Shown piece after piece: positions 18,197-28,896 of a stretch of 64,000 nt of DNA (its first letter is position 1; every line of letters begins with the position of its first letter). This DNA is from Gemmatimonadota bacterium (GTDB taxonomy: Bacteria > Gemmatimonadota > Gemmatimonadetes > Longimicrobiales > Gaopeijiaceae). The notes beneath the pieces were generated by a model. That model did not search any database, had not been told where the DNA came from, and worked only from the letters and a program-made list of their open reading frames with translations. A program made the position numbers and the translations under genes. The DNA lies in contig JAJDNC010000061.1 of assembly GCA_022340865.1 (NCBI GenBank), forward strand, positions 15,648 through 79,647, read 5' to 3'.

Positions 18197-19821
18197 GCGT
18201 GGAGGAGGAGGTCCGTGACGTGGCGGAGGCGACCGTCCGCAAGGCCGCGTGGAAGGGATGGGTATGGTCCGTCCCCATCGCGGCGCTCATCCTCATCGTC
18301 TACCTGGTCCTGCGCACGATTCTGACGGGCGGCACGTCCATCACCATCACCTTCCCGTCGGCCCAGGGAATCACGGGAAAGGCCGAGACGCCCGTTCTCT
18401 ATCGGGGGCTCCAGGTGGGAGCGGTCCAGAGCATCGAGCTCCGCAAGGACCTCGGAGGCGTGGTCATGCACGTGTCGATAGACCGCGACGTGACGCACGC
18501 GCTGAGGACGGGGACCCGCTTCTGGATCGTGCATCCGAGTCCGCTCGCCGGGAACTTCTCGGCGCTCCTGGCCGGCCCCACCCTGGCCATGGAGCCCGGA
18601 CCGGGGAGCCCCCAGCGACACTTCACGGGGCTCCTCCAGCCCCCGCCGGGGCAGCCTCCGGGCCCCGGCGTGACGGTGGTGGCGTACGCCCCGAGCTCGG
18701 AGGGGGTGAGCCAGGGGGCGCCGGTGATGTTCAGGGGCCTCCACGTCGGCCACGTCCTCGGGACCACGTTCGATTCCGCCGCGGGGCACGTCCGGATCCA
18801 CATCTTCGTGCGGGCTCCCTACGATCGGCGTGTCGGCCGCGACGCCCGCTTCTGGAGCTGCGGGGGCGTGCAGCTCACGAGGGCGGGCGGCGGCGTGGGG
18901 CTCCACATCCCGTCCCTCCAGGGGCTCCTGCAGGGCTGCGTTGGGTTCGACACCTTCGCCAAGGCGGCCGCCGGGACCGGGCCGGACGGCTCGTACCGTC
19001 TCTACGCCGACGAGGAGGAGGCGAGGAGCGCGTTCACGGCGACCCCCGTTCCGGTCCGGATCTGGGCGCCGGGCTCCATCGAGGGACTCGAGGCGGGTGC
19101 GCCCGTGATCCTGGAGGGGAAGCGCGTGGGCGTGGTCCGCCGGGTGCGCCTCGAGGTGGGGCGGAACGGCATCTCGACCCCCGTGGACCTCGAGATCGAC
19201 CCGGGAGCGTTCGGGATCTCCGGCGCCGCCTCCGCCGCGGACTCCGCGAAGGCCGTGTACCGGGTTCTCGACCGCCTCGTCCACGACGGCCTGCGCGCGC
19301 AGCTCGTCTCCAGCAGCCTGGTCCTGGGAGGCCAAGAGATCAGCCTGACCATGACCGGCCGGAGGACCGGCGCCCGGCTGGACCGCTCCGCCGACCCGCC
19401 CGTGCTCCCGGCCATCGGAGGCGGCGACCTGCAGAGCGTCGTCGCGCGGATCGGGGAGGTGGCCGACGCCATCGACTCCATCCCGTTCGCCCGGCTCGGG
19501 GAGGACGCGCGCCGCGCCTCGCCCAAGCTCGTGGAGAGCCTCGACCACCTGAACCAGGCCCTGGTCGCGCTGGACAGCGTGACGGCGGCCGCGCGTGCCC
19601 AGGTGGGGCCGACCCTCGCGCAGACGCGGCAGACCGTGGACGAGTTCGAGTCGGCGGTCCGGGCCCTGAACGGGATCGCGGGGGGATCGCTCCGCAACCA
19701 GGAGAGCTTGCCGGACCTCGTGAGGGAGATGACGCAGGCCGCCCGCTCCCTGCGGGAGCTCGGCGACTACCTCTCGGAGCATCCCGATGCACTCATCTGG
19801 GGGAGGTCGAAGGGGAGATGA
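18193..19821 (+). CDS. pqiB: PqiB-like multi-MCE-domain protein
   Basis: The start is MSVEEEVRDVAEA... with an N-terminal TM (WVWSVPIAALILIVYLVL). It has repeated MCE-like segments (YRGLQVGAVQSIEL, FRGLHVGHVLG, LEGKRVGVVRRVRL) and a C-terminal helical region. The ATGA overlaps the pqiA stop. Confidence 0.8.
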   Translation: MSVEEEVRDVAEATVRKAAWKGWVWSVPIAALILIVYLVLRTILTGGTSITITFPSAQGITGKAETPVLYRGLQVGAVQSIELRKDLGGVVMHVSIDRDVTHALRTGTRFWIVHPSPLAGNFSALLAGPTLAMEPGPGSPQRHFTGLLQPPPGQPPGPGVTVVAYAPSSEGVSQGAPVMFRGLHVGHVLGTTFDSAAGHVRIHIFVRAPYDRRVGRDARFWSCGGVQLTRAGGGVGLHIPSLQGLLQGCVGFDTFAKAAAGTGPDGSYRLYADEEEARSAFTATPVPVRIWAPGSIEGLEAGAPVILEGKRVGVVRRVRLEVGRNGISTPVDLEIDPGAFGISGAASAADSAKAVYRVLDRLVHDGLRAQLVSSSLVLGGQEISLTMTGRRTGARLDRSADPPVLPAIGGGDLQSVVARIGEVADAIDSIPFARLGEDARRASPKLVESLDHLNQALVALDSVTAAARAQVGPTLAQTRQTVDEFESAVRALNGIAGGSLRNQESLPDLVREMTQAARSLRELGDYLSEHPDALIWGRSKGR

Positions 19822-20429
19822 CAGGCACCCTGCACCGGACCCTGCTCGCGATGTGCGTGGCGGCCACCGCCGCGGCGTGTGCGTCGAGCCCGCCCACCCG
19901 TTTCGTCACGCTCGATGCCGCGCCGGGCCCGCCTCGCGCGGCCCGCGCCTCCGGCCTGCCCGTCGCGCTCGGAAAGGTGACGCTCCCCCCCGAGCTGGAC
20001 CGTGCCCACCCGGTGCGCCGCGAGGGCCACAGCAGCCTCGACATCCCCATGGGGGTCCGGTGGGCCGCGCCGCTGGACGAGCTCGTCCACCGGACCCTGG
20101 CCCTCGACCTCGCCTCCCGCCTGCCGAAGGGAGAGGCGGTGCTTCCCGGGCAGGCCGAACCGTCCGGGCCCATGCGGCTCGTCGTCGTGACCTTCCGTAC
20201 CTTCTCCGCCGACTCCGCCGGGACCGTGACGCTGGACGCCCACTGGAGCTCCGTGGAGCAGCCGAGCGGACGGATCGAGATCTCGCGCGACGCCACCGTC
20301 ACTGTACCGGCGCACTCGATGAGCTGGGACGACGTGGCAGGCGCGATGAGCGAAGCCCTCGCGCGGCTCGCCGACCGGATCGCGTCGTCGCTCCCGGAAG
20401 GCCAGGCGCCGGCCGGGAGCTACCGGTGA
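19818..20429 (+). CDS. pqiC: PqiC/YmbA-like (DUF330) lipoprotein
   Basis: The start is MTGTLHRTLLAMCVAATAAACASSPP (lipobox). Its size and its position after pqiB, with an ATGA overlap, fit PqiC. Confidence 0.65.
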   Translation: MTGTLHRTLLAMCVAATAAACASSPPTRFVTLDAAPGPPRAARASGLPVALGKVTLPPELDRAHPVRREGHSSLDIPMGVRWAAPLDELVHRTLALDLASRLPKGEAVLPGQAEPSGPMRLVVVTFRTFSADSAGTVTLDAHWSSVEQPSGRIEISRDATVTVPAHSMSWDDVAGAMSEALARLADRIASSLPEGQAPAGSYR

Positions 20430-20477
20430 CGTCACACCGATTCGGGGCCGTCGAGGTCGCTGGATCGGTGGGAGAGC

Positions 20478-21902
20478 CTATGCGTGGGTGTCCGGCAGCC
20501 CTGGCCCGCGCAGCACCGAGCCGTGCGGCGCGAAGCCGGCCCGGCGCAGGACGGTCCAGCCCACCAGCGCGCCGGCCGCCTGCACGAGAAAGTCGGTGGA
20601 GTCGAGGAGGCGTCCCTGAACCAGGACCTGGGAGAGCTCCGTGCCCACCGCCAGGTACACGGCCGGCCAGAAGTCCGCGAGCCAGCCCCGGCGGACCATG
20701 GGCCACACCGCGAGCAGGCCGCCGAGCGGCAGATAGAGGAAGAACGGGGAGACGACGTCCACCACGCTGAACAGATCCACGCGCTGCCCAAGGAAGCGTA
20801 GCGGAATCCACCAGTCGTCGGTCAGCTTCCCTACGATGGCGGCAAGCGAGGTCTCCGGCGCGAAGGGACGCAGAGCCCAGAGGAGAAGTACTCCGCCGTA
20901 GGCCCACAAGAGCATCCTGGGACGCGCCCGTCCTCGAAGGCGGCGCGTCAGGCGGGGCAGCCCCCAGGCGGCCGCGACCGCCCCGCCCCCCACGCCCGCG
21001 GCGTGCGCCAGGACCGCACCGGCGTCGATGGGAAGGCCCAGAAGCCCGTGGCCCACCTCGGCGAGCACGGCGAGGCCGGAGCCGATTCCCGCGACCAGCC
21101 AGGCGGCCCTTCGATAGTCCTTGCCCGCCTCCACCAGCGCCGCCACGGCGAACGCCCCGGCGGGAGCGAAGAGGAGGATGTCGGTGAGGGGGACATGTCC
21201 CAGCGAGCTCCACGTGAACATTCCCCACGCCAGCCGGAAGCGCCCCAGAGGTCCTCCGTACAGGTTGGGCAGGGTGGTCTGTCGGAAGAGGGGAATCAGC
21301 GCCTCGGCGAAGGCCGACACGCCGTAGGACATCGCGAACACCATGGCCGGAAGGCCCACGAACGATCGGAACGTCCGCTTACGGGCCACCGCCATCACCA
21401 ACGCGACCAGGACGGCGGCCCCCAGGAAGGAGCCCAGGGTGTTCGTGAGGATGTCCAGGACGCTTGCGGTGCGCGTGGTGGAAAAGAGCTGAGCGGTCTC
21501 CACGAACGCGCTTATGCCGGCGCCGCTCAGCACCGCGTTCCGGAAGCTAACGAGCGAGCGCCCGGGCCGGGCGGTGATCATCCAGACGAGCCCCCACCCG
21601 GCAAACAGCACCACGTTGCGGGCACCGTCGATGACGTCGCGGGGCGAGACGGAAGGGTCGAGCATGCGCCCGAGGCCGTGCAGCCCCGGCCCGCCCGGCC
21701 GAAACGACGAGAGCGTCGCGAGGAGCAGGACCGCGAGGTAGGCTCCGCGCGTAAGGGGGCGGCTCCGATCGAGCTGACCGGCGAGATCCGTGGGCTCCTC
21801 CTTCGCCTGGCGCGGTTCCGCAAGCCGAGACGTCGGCTCCGGCATCCGGGAATCTACCACACGAGCGCGTGCAGCGCGGACGGGCCCGCCTTGCCCCGCC
21901 AC
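20478..21902 (-). CDS. Polytopic membrane protein with two VanZ-like domains
   Basis: Repeated VanZ-like signatures are present (NVVLFAGWGLVW ... ETAQLFSTTRTASVLDILTNTLGSFLG, and a second copy ending DSTDFLVQAAGALVGW). A GTG start at 21902 has GAAGGTGG upstream. The alternative is ATG 21845. Confidence 0.6.
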   Translation of the reverse strand: MAGQGGPVRAARARVVDSRMPEPTSRLAEPRQAKEEPTDLAGQLDRSRPLTRGAYLAVLLLATLSSFRPGGPGLHGLGRMLDPSVSPRDVIDGARNVVLFAGWGLVWMITARPGRSLVSFRNAVLSGAGISAFVETAQLFSTTRTASVLDILTNTLGSFLGAAVLVALVMAVARKRTFRSFVGLPAMVFAMSYGVSAFAEALIPLFRQTTLPNLYGGPLGRFRLAWGMFTWSSLGHVPLTDILLFAPAGAFAVAALVEAGKDYRRAAWLVAGIGSGLAVLAEVGHGLLGLPIDAGAVLAHAAGVGGGAVAAAWGLPRLTRRLRGRARPRMLLWAYGGVLLLWALRPFAPETSLAAIVGKLTDDWWIPLRFLGQRVDLFSVVDVVSPFFLYLPLGGLLAVWPMVRRGWLADFWPAVYLAVGTELSQVLVQGRLLDSTDFLVQAAGALVGWTVLRRAGFAPHGSVLRGPGLPDTHA

Positions 21903-22104
21903 CCACCGCTCGCCACCTTCCCGGCTCAGGCCCGAAGCCCTTGGATCGTTTGCGCTTACGCTGCTCCGTAGGCCGACCGAACAGTTGCATTTCCTGTCCC
22001 TCGGCGCACGGAGTACCGGTGCGTCGGTGCGGCCTTACGCGTTTGCCGACCTCTCGGCGCCATGAGGGCGTCGCGTCCGTTGTTTCCCGGAATGAGGTCG
22101 AATC

Positions 22105-25100
22105 ATGATACGCCGCCCCGCTTTTCGCCGGTCACGCCTCGGGTTCGCTCACGTGATCATCGTGACGCTCACTGCGATCGCACTCCCCGCCGGTGTGCGC
22201 GCACAGAATGCGACGACCCCTGCGCCCCTCAACGCGCTCCGCTGGCGGAGCATCGGCCCCTACGTCGGCGGTCGGGTGGTCGCCGTCGCCGGCGTGCCGG
22301 GCAAGCCGAAGCTCTTCTACATGGGCGCAGTGGACGGAGGGGTCTGGAAGAGCACCGACTACGGCAACGTGTGGACGAATATCTCCGACAGCACGCTGGG
22401 CGGCTCGAGCAACAGCATCGGGGCCATCGCGGTGGCGCCGTCCAACCCTCAGGTGATCTACGTGGGGACGGGCGAGAGCGACATCCGGGGCACCATGATC
22501 ACCGGGGACGGTGTGTTCCGGTCGGCGGACGGAGGAAAGACGTGGCACCAGGCGGGCCTCGAGGACACGCACACGATCAGCAATCTGATCATCGACCCCA
22601 GGAATCCCGACGTGGTCTATGCCTCCTCGTTGGGGCATGTGTTTGCACCCGGCTCCCATCGCGGCGTCTTCAAGACCACCGACGCCGGCAAGACCTGGCA
22701 GCGGGTACTCTTCGTGAACGACAGCACGGGGGTGGCGAACCTGGTCATGCAGCCCGGCGACCCCGACGTGCTCTACGCGGCGACCTGGCAGGCGTATCGG
22801 ACGCCGTGGTCTCTGTGGAGCGGCGGCGCGGGCAGCGGCATCTACAAGTCCATCGACGGCGGCGAGCACTGGACGGACATCTCGCGCAGTCCCGGGCTGC
22901 CTCAGGGATTGTTGGGCAAGATCGGGATCGCGGTCGCCGCCAGCGAGCCCAACGTCGTCTACGTGACGATTCAAGCCAAGGACGGCGGCGTCTTCCGGTC
23001 GGACGACGGCGGCAACACCTGGGCGCGCGTGAACAAGGAGTGGAAGGTCCGCCAGCGCGCGTTCTACTACATGGCGATCTTCGTGGATCCCACGGATGCG
23101 AACACCGTCTACATGCCACAGGTCGACGCGCTCTACGTCTCACACGACGGCGCCAGGACCTTCACCGGGCTCCACACGCCGCACGGCGACAACCACACGC
23201 TGTGGATCAACCCCGACGATCCGAACATCCTACTCGAGGGAAACGACGGCGGGGCCACGGTCTCGGTCGACAGGGGCAAGACCTGGAGCACGGAGGACAA
23301 CCAACCGACCGGGCAGTTCTACAGCGTCAACATCGACGACCGTTTCCCGTTCCACGTCTACGGCGCGCAGCAGGACGAGGGCGCGACCGAAGGGCCGAGC
23401 GCATCGCCCTGGGGGGAGATTCCCCTGCGCGAATGGAAGCTGGCGGCCGACGGGGAGAGCACAGTGAGCGTGCCCCAGCCCGGACATCCGGAGATCACGT
23501 TCGGGAGCGACTACTACACCCTGTTCATGATGTACGATCAGACGACCGGCGAGTGGAAGGGCATCAGCCCGTGGCCCTATTATCGGGACGCCGCGTCGGC
23601 GGGTGAGCTCAAGTATCGCTGGGGCTGGACGCATCCCATTCTCTTTTCACCGAACGACCCCAACGAGCTCCTGGTCGGGTCGCAGTACGTGATGCGAAGC
23701 GACGATCACGGTGCGACGTGGAAGACGATCAGTCCCGACCTCACGCGGAACGATCCCGCCACCGAGGCACCGAGCGGGGGGCCCATCGATCTCGATCAGT
23801 CGGGCGCGGAGATCTTCCCGTACGTCTCCGCCATCGCGGTCGTGCCCGGCGCCGACAGCTTGATCTGGGCGGGTTCGTCCGACGGCCTCGTGCACCTGAC
23901 GACCGACGGCGGTGCACACTGGGCGACGGTGACGCCGCCTGACCTGCCCAAGTGGTCGCAGGTCAGCTCCATCGAGGCTTCGCACGTGGATCGTAACACG
24001 GCGTATCTCACCGCGCGGCGTTATATGTGGGATGACTTCACGCCCTATGTCTACAAGACCACCGACCTCGGCCGGCACTGGACGCCGATCACCACCGGGC
24101 TGCCCAAAGACGAGTACGTGTTCCAGATCGTCCAGGATCCCGCCGACTCGAGCCTGTTCTTCCTCGGTACGAAGAGCACGGTGTACGTGAGCCTCGACGG
24201 TGCGGCGACCTGGCGGCCACTCGCGCTCAACCTTCCCCCGGTACAGGTGCGGGGCATCGCCATCGACAGGCGGCAGGGCGACGTCGCCATCGCGACCCAC
24301 GGGCGCGCGTTCTGGATCCTCGACAACCTGACGTTGCTGGAGCAGATGACCGGACGCGCCGCGCCGCCCACCGACAGCGCGGCGCTGTTCGCTCCGGAGC
24401 GCGCCTGGCTGACCCACGCGTACGGCGGACCGACGGACGAGGCCGCTCCGCATGACGCCGGCGAGAACCCGCCCTTCGGCGCGCGCGTCTTCTTCCAGAT
24501 TCCCAAGAGCTACGACGGCTCGACGCCGGTCACCCTCTCCATCACCGATCCGTCCGGCTCCCTGATCCGCGAGTACCACCTGCACGTCAAAAGCACGTCC
24601 GCAAAGAAGTCGACGGCCGCCAGGGAAGCGGAGACGACGGGCGAGCGGCGGGCCGACGCCCTCGAGCGCCTCACGGCCATCGAACCCGGCATGAACCACC
24701 TCCAGTGGGACCTGCGCTACGCCGACGCGACGGAGGTGAACGGATTCGACGCGCCGATGGACGGCGATGTGGACAACGACGCGAAGGGCCCGGTCGTGGT
24801 GCCGGGAAGCTATCGGGTCGTGCTCGACTACGGCGGAGAGAAGCTGACGGCACCGTTCCAGGTCTCGCTCGATCCACGGATTCACGTGGGCCCCGAAGCG
24901 CTCCGGCAACGGCTGACGTTCAGGCTCCAGATTCACCGAACGCTCGATTCGCTGGACGTCGCGCTCAACCGGGCGATCGCCGCGCGCGATAGCCTCGCCG
25001 GGGCCGGCCGCGATTCGACGACGCTCGCCCCGCTCACCGGCGCCATCGATTCGCTCGTCCAGCTGGCGATCCATTCCAGCGAGGGCGACCTCGCATTCGA

Positions 25101-25266
25101 GCCGAAGCTGCGGACGCATCTCGGGCTCCTCGCGGGAGAGGTCGACATGGCCTATGCCGCGCCGACTGCCGCCGAGGTGGCGGTCTACAAGGTGATGGCG
25201 CAGAAGGCGCAGGAGGGCAAAGCCGAGCTGCGCGCGGCGATGGCGAGACTCGGCGTCGCGCGGTAG
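22105..25266 (+). CDS. Sortilin/VPS10-like BNR repeat propeller protein (~1050 aa), secreted
   Basis: It has a signal peptide (...ALPAGVRAQ) and many Asp-box motifs (WKSTDYGNVW, RSADGGKTW, KTTDAGKTW, KSIDGGEHW, RSDDGGNTW, VSHDGARTF, SVDRGKTW, RSDDHGATW, TTDGGAHW, KTTDLGRHW, SLDGAATW). Confidence 0.85.
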   Translation: MIRRPAFRRSRLGFAHVIIVTLTAIALPAGVRAQNATTPAPLNALRWRSIGPYVGGRVVAVAGVPGKPKLFYMGAVDGGVWKSTDYGNVWTNISDSTLGGSSNSIGAIAVAPSNPQVIYVGTGESDIRGTMITGDGVFRSADGGKTWHQAGLEDTHTISNLIIDPRNPDVVYASSLGHVFAPGSHRGVFKTTDAGKTWQRVLFVNDSTGVANLVMQPGDPDVLYAATWQAYRTPWSLWSGGAGSGIYKSIDGGEHWTDISRSPGLPQGLLGKIGIAVAASEPNVVYVTIQAKDGGVFRSDDGGNTWARVNKEWKVRQRAFYYMAIFVDPTDANTVYMPQVDALYVSHDGARTFTGLHTPHGDNHTLWINPDDPNILLEGNDGGATVSVDRGKTWSTEDNQPTGQFYSVNIDDRFPFHVYGAQQDEGATEGPSASPWGEIPLREWKLAADGESTVSVPQPGHPEITFGSDYYTLFMMYDQTTGEWKGISPWPYYRDAASAGELKYRWGWTHPILFSPNDPNELLVGSQYVMRSDDHGATWKTISPDLTRNDPATEAPSGGPIDLDQSGAEIFPYVSAIAVVPGADSLIWAGSSDGLVHLTTDGGAHWATVTPPDLPKWSQVSSIEASHVDRNTAYLTARRYMWDDFTPYVYKTTDLGRHWTPITTGLPKDEYVFQIVQDPADSSLFFLGTKSTVYVSLDGAATWRPLALNLPPVQVRGIAIDRRQGDVAIATHGRAFWILDNLTLLEQMTGRAAPPTDSAALFAPERAWLTHAYGGPTDEAAPHDAGENPPFGARVFFQIPKSYDGSTPVTLSITDPSGSLIREYHLHVKSTSAKKSTAAREAETTGERRADALERLTAIEPGMNHLQWDLRYADATEVNGFDAPMDGDVDNDAKGPVVVPGSYRVVLDYGGEKLTAPFQVSLDPRIHVGPEALRQRLTFRLQIHRTLDSLDVALNRAIAARDSLAGAGRDSTTLAPLTGAIDSLVQLAIHSSEGDLAFEPKLRTHLGLLAGEVDMAYAAPTAAEVAVYKVMAQKAQEGKAELRAAMARLGVAR

Positions 25267-25274
25267 ATGGCGCC

Positions 25275-26054
25275 ATGGAGACCACCCCACGCGTCGCTGG
25301 CCTCCTCCTCGACCTCGACGGCACACTGTACGAGGACGACGCCCTGATTCCCGGCGTCGCCGAAGCCATCGCTGCGTTCCGGGACGGCGCCGTCCCGATC
25401 CGGTTCGTCACCAACACCACCCGGGTGCCCAGGGCCACCATCGCCCGGTGGCTCGATGGGTACGGCATCGCGGCCGGGGCGAACGACATCTTCACCCCCA
25501 CCTTCGCCGCGGTGAGCTGGCTTCGAGAGCATGGTATGCGCCGGGTATCCGTATGCCTGCCCGAGGGATCGCTGGACGAGTTCGGGGAATTCGAGCTGGT
25601 GGAGGACGCGCCCGAGGCGGTGGTCATCGGCGACCTGGGCGCGGCGTGGACGTTCGAGCGGCTGAACCGGGTCTTCCGCCGGCTGCTGGACGGCGCCGGC
25701 TTCGTCGCGCTGCACCGTAACCGCTACTGGAAGACCGGCGGCGAGCTGTTGCTGGACGTGGGCGCGTTCGTGGCGGCGCTCGAGTTCGCCACGGGCCGGG
25801 AGGCCACGCTGGTGGGGAAGCCCAGCCGTGCCATGTTCGAGGCCGCCACCCGCTCCATGGGCCTGGCGCTGGACCAGGTGGCCATGGTGGGAGACGATCT
25901 CCAGGCCGACATCGCCGGGTCGCAGGCGCTGGGCTGCCGGGCCTTCATGGTCCGGACGGGCAAGTTCCGTGCGGAGGAGCTCCAGGCGTCGGCTATCGAG
26001 CCCGACGTGGTGGTCGACTCGCTGGCGGCGTTGCCGGGGTTGCTCCTGGGCTGA
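25275..26054 (+). CDS. HAD-superfamily hydrolase, subfamily IIA-like phosphatase
   Basis: It has LLLDLDGTLY (motif I), FVTNTT (motif II) and MVGDDLQADIAG (motif IV). The gene starts 9 nt after the preceding stop. Confidence 0.8.
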   Translation: METTPRVAGLLLDLDGTLYEDDALIPGVAEAIAAFRDGAVPIRFVTNTTRVPRATIARWLDGYGIAAGANDIFTPTFAAVSWLREHGMRRVSVCLPEGSLDEFGEFELVEDAPEAVVIGDLGAAWTFERLNRVFRRLLDGAGFVALHRNRYWKTGGELLLDVGAFVAALEFATGREATLVGKPSRAMFEAATRSMGLALDQVAMVGDDLQADIAGSQALGCRAFMVRTGKFRAEELQASAIEPDVVVDSLAALPGLLLG

Positions 26055-26130
26055 TCCCGACCCGCGTCACGCGTCCCCGGGATGTCAGCCCGTGCCTGCG
26101 AGCGCATGGGGGCAAAGCCGAATGGTCGAT

Positions 26131-27492
26131 CTACTCGCTCCCTGCGGACGCCTCGCGCACCAACGTCCTCTTCCACGACCCTCTTCTGAACCACACGGCA
26201 GCCACCAGAAACGTCACCGAGTCGGCCAGGGGGAAGGCCCACCATATGCCGTGGGGTCCACGGTTCAGGGAGTAACCGACGACGTAGGCCAGTGGGAGCA
26301 CGATGACCCAGCGGTCCAGGTACGACAGTGCCATGGCCCGCGCGGTGCGCCCCGCGCCCCGAAAAGCCCCCTGCAACACGATCAAGCCGCCCCAGAAGCC
26401 GATGAACCAGCCGTAGGTCCGCAGGTAGACGGTACCCTCGGCGATGGTGGCCGGATCATCGATGAAGAAGCGCACCAGGTGGGGTGCGAAGATGGCCGCC
26501 AGAAAGCCGACAGAGGTCATCAGGGCGGCCGCCAGGCCCACCGACATCCAGGCCACGTGCTCCGCACGGTCGCTCTGCCGCGCCCCCAGGTTCTGCCCGA
26601 CACCCGCGTTGGTGGCCTGCCCGATGGCCCCGGACACGCCCCACACCACGGACATCACGCGAACCCCGATGGCGTAGGCCGCCGTGACCACCGCACCAAA
26701 CCTGGTGACCAGCGCCATGATCGCCACCGACGAGAAGCTCCGGCCCGCTGCATCGGCCGTGGCCGGTGCACCAAGGAAGAGAATCTCCCGCATCACCGCG
26801 AGGTCGGGCTTGAAGTGAGCGAGGCGGATCTTGATCCCCTTGCTGCCCTCGAGCAGGTAGAAGACGCCCACCGAGGCCGCGAGGAACCGCGCGACCAGCG
26901 TGGCGATCGCGGCACCCTTGATTCCCCAGCGCGGGATCGGGCCGATACCGGTAATGAAGAGCGGATCGAGAACGATGTTGGTCAGGCTCGCCACCAACAT
27001 CAGCTTCATCGCCGTGAGCGTGTCTCCCGAGCCGCGCAGCGCCGCGCTGAAGGCCATGAACAGGTAGCTGAACGGCACGCTGATGAAGATCACGGACACA
27101 TAGCTGAGGGCCAGCGGAAACACCGCGCCCCGCGCGCCCATGAAGTGCAGCAGCGGAACCCGAACCGCCTCGCCTATGGCCGCGAGGCCCAGGCCCAGGC
27201 CGGCGGACATCATGATGCCCTGGGCGGCGTAGTAGCCGGCGCGGTCGTGGAGCTCGGCTCCCGTGTACTGCGCGGTGAACGTGGCGATGGCGATGGTGAT
27301 CCCGGTGCCGATGGAGATCAGCACCCAGGCCGTGGGGAAGACGATCCCGACAGCTGCCACCGCGCTGGTGGAGTGGAGTCTCTGGCCCACCCAGAACATG
27401 TCAGCCAGGTTGTAGATCGTTTGCAGCGTATTCGCTAACACCAACGGCCAGGCCAGTTGGACGATCCGCGGCAGGATCGGTCCGACGGTCAT
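26131..27492 (-). CDS. MATE family multidrug/toxin efflux transporter
   Basis: It has ILPRIVQLAWPLVLANTLQTIYNLADMFWVG and 12 TM segments. The start is ATG 27492 or ATG 27579, the latter overlapping the upstream MFS gene. The longest ORF (to 27699) is implausible. Confidence 0.8.
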   Translation of the reverse strand: MTVGPILPRIVQLAWPLVLANTLQTIYNLADMFWVGQRLHSTSAVAAVGIVFPTAWVLISIGTGITIAIATFTAQYTGAELHDRAGYYAAQGIMMSAGLGLGLAAIGEAVRVPLLHFMGARGAVFPLALSYVSVIFISVPFSYLFMAFSAALRGSGDTLTAMKLMLVASLTNIVLDPLFITGIGPIPRWGIKGAAIATLVARFLAASVGVFYLLEGSKGIKIRLAHFKPDLAVMREILFLGAPATADAAGRSFSSVAIMALVTRFGAVVTAAYAIGVRVMSVVWGVSGAIGQATNAGVGQNLGARQSDRAEHVAWMSVGLAAALMTSVGFLAAIFAPHLVRFFIDDPATIAEGTVYLRTYGWFIGFWGGLIVLQGAFRGAGRTARAMALSYLDRWVIVLPLAYVVGYSLNRGPHGIWWAFPLADSVTFLVAAVWFRRGSWKRTLVREASAGSE

Positions 27493-27562
27493 GTTCACGC
27501 GGTGCCCACGCCGATGCGGATATGCCTTTGTCGTCACGGCGCTCTCGCTGTCACGCTCCCGA

Positions 27563-28888
27563 TCATCGATCAAGTCCATTCCACCGGGGATCGACCGGCT
27601 CCGTGAGTCGAGGGGATCCCGGCTCATGGTGGGTCCTCCGCCCGCGCCCGTGCACGTGCCGGGCTGCCGCCAAGCCGAATGCCGCAGCCCCGAGCGCACC
27701 GAGGCCGCCCACGACGACGGCCGCGCGCGCGCCCAATGTATCGGTAATCGCTCCCAGAATCGGGCCGCTGATCGGCTTCGTGCCCGCGAACAACACGGCC
27801 TGTATCGAGAGCACGCGCCCGATCATCCGCTGGTCGGCGCGGATCTGGACGATGGCGGAGGTCGCGGTCATGTAGGCGACGCTGGCGCCTCCGACCGCGA
27901 CGGCCAACACGATCGCGATGGTGACGTCGGGGGCGGCCGCGAGGACGAGCATCGCCACCCCGAGCCAGAGGGCGCCCACCGCGACGGTTCGGATGCGGAT
28001 CGTGGTCCGTCGGGCCACGAGCACCGCACCGGCCACCGCGCCCGCGCTGAAGGCCGAGTAGAGGATCGTGTAGGCGACGTCACTCCCGCCCAGCCCCTTC
28101 TCGACGAAGAGGGGGAAGAGCACCGAGAAATTGTAGCTCACGGTACCGACGATGAGGAGCATGCCGAACGGAGCCCAGAGCTCGGGGATGCCGGCGATGT
28201 ACCGGAGGCCGGCGCGGATCTGTCCCCTGCCCCGCGGCGCCGCTTCCAGTCGGCGCAGCTCGGCCGTGCGCATCATGGCAAGCGCGACGAGCACGGTCGT
28301 GTAGGATGCCGCGTCGATGGTGAAGCACCATCCGTATCCGACGGTCACGATGAGGACGCCGGCCAGGGCCGGGCCCGCGATGCGGGAGATGTTCACCATC
28401 GCGCTGTAGACGGTCACGGCGTTGGGAACGTCCTCGAGCGCCACCATCTCGTTGACGAACGTGCGCCGGACCGGATTGTCGAAGGCCAGCATGACGCCGC
28501 CCGCCACGGCGGTGCCGTAGAACGCGAGGAGGGGCGCGTCGTGCATGAAGGCGAGCGCGGCCAGCGCGAACGACTGGCACATCTCCAGCGTCTGTGTGAC
28601 GAAGAGGAGCGTGCGCTTCTCGGTCCGGTCGACGACGACGCCCGCCCAGGGCGCGAAGAGCAGGATCGGGCCGAACTGGCATGCCGACAGCACGCCGACC
28701 GCCACGCCGCTCCCCGTGCGGTGGAGCACGAGCAGGGTGAGGGCGATCCGGGTGAGCCAGTTGCCGGTATTGGAGACGGTCTGCCCGAAGAAGAAGAGCC
28801 GGAAGTTCCGCCACCGCAGGGACGCGAGCGTGCGGCGGACGAAACCGGGCTCGGGCACGGGAGACCTCCGGCTGGGCTGGTGCGGCAC
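27563..28888 (-). CDS. MFS transporter (EntS/MFS_3-like exporter)
   Basis: It has WRNFRLFFFGQTVSNTGNWLTRIALTLLVL and 12 TM segments. Confidence 0.8.
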   Translation of the reverse strand: MPHQPSRRSPVPEPGFVRRTLASLRWRNFRLFFFGQTVSNTGNWLTRIALTLLVLHRTGSGVAVGVLSACQFGPILLFAPWAGVVVDRTEKRTLLFVTQTLEMCQSFALAALAFMHDAPLLAFYGTAVAGGVMLAFDNPVRRTFVNEMVALEDVPNAVTVYSAMVNISRIAGPALAGVLIVTVGYGWCFTIDAASYTTVLVALAMMRTAELRRLEAAPRGRGQIRAGLRYIAGIPELWAPFGMLLIVGTVSYNFSVLFPLFVEKGLGGSDVAYTILYSAFSAGAVAGAVLVARRTTIRIRTVAVGALWLGVAMLVLAAAPDVTIAIVLAVAVGGASVAYMTATSAIVQIRADQRMIGRVLSIQAVLFAGTKPISGPILGAITDTLGARAAVVVGGLGALGAAAFGLAAARHVHGRGRRTHHEPGSPRLTEPVDPRWNGLDR

Positions 28889-28896
28889 GGAGCGCT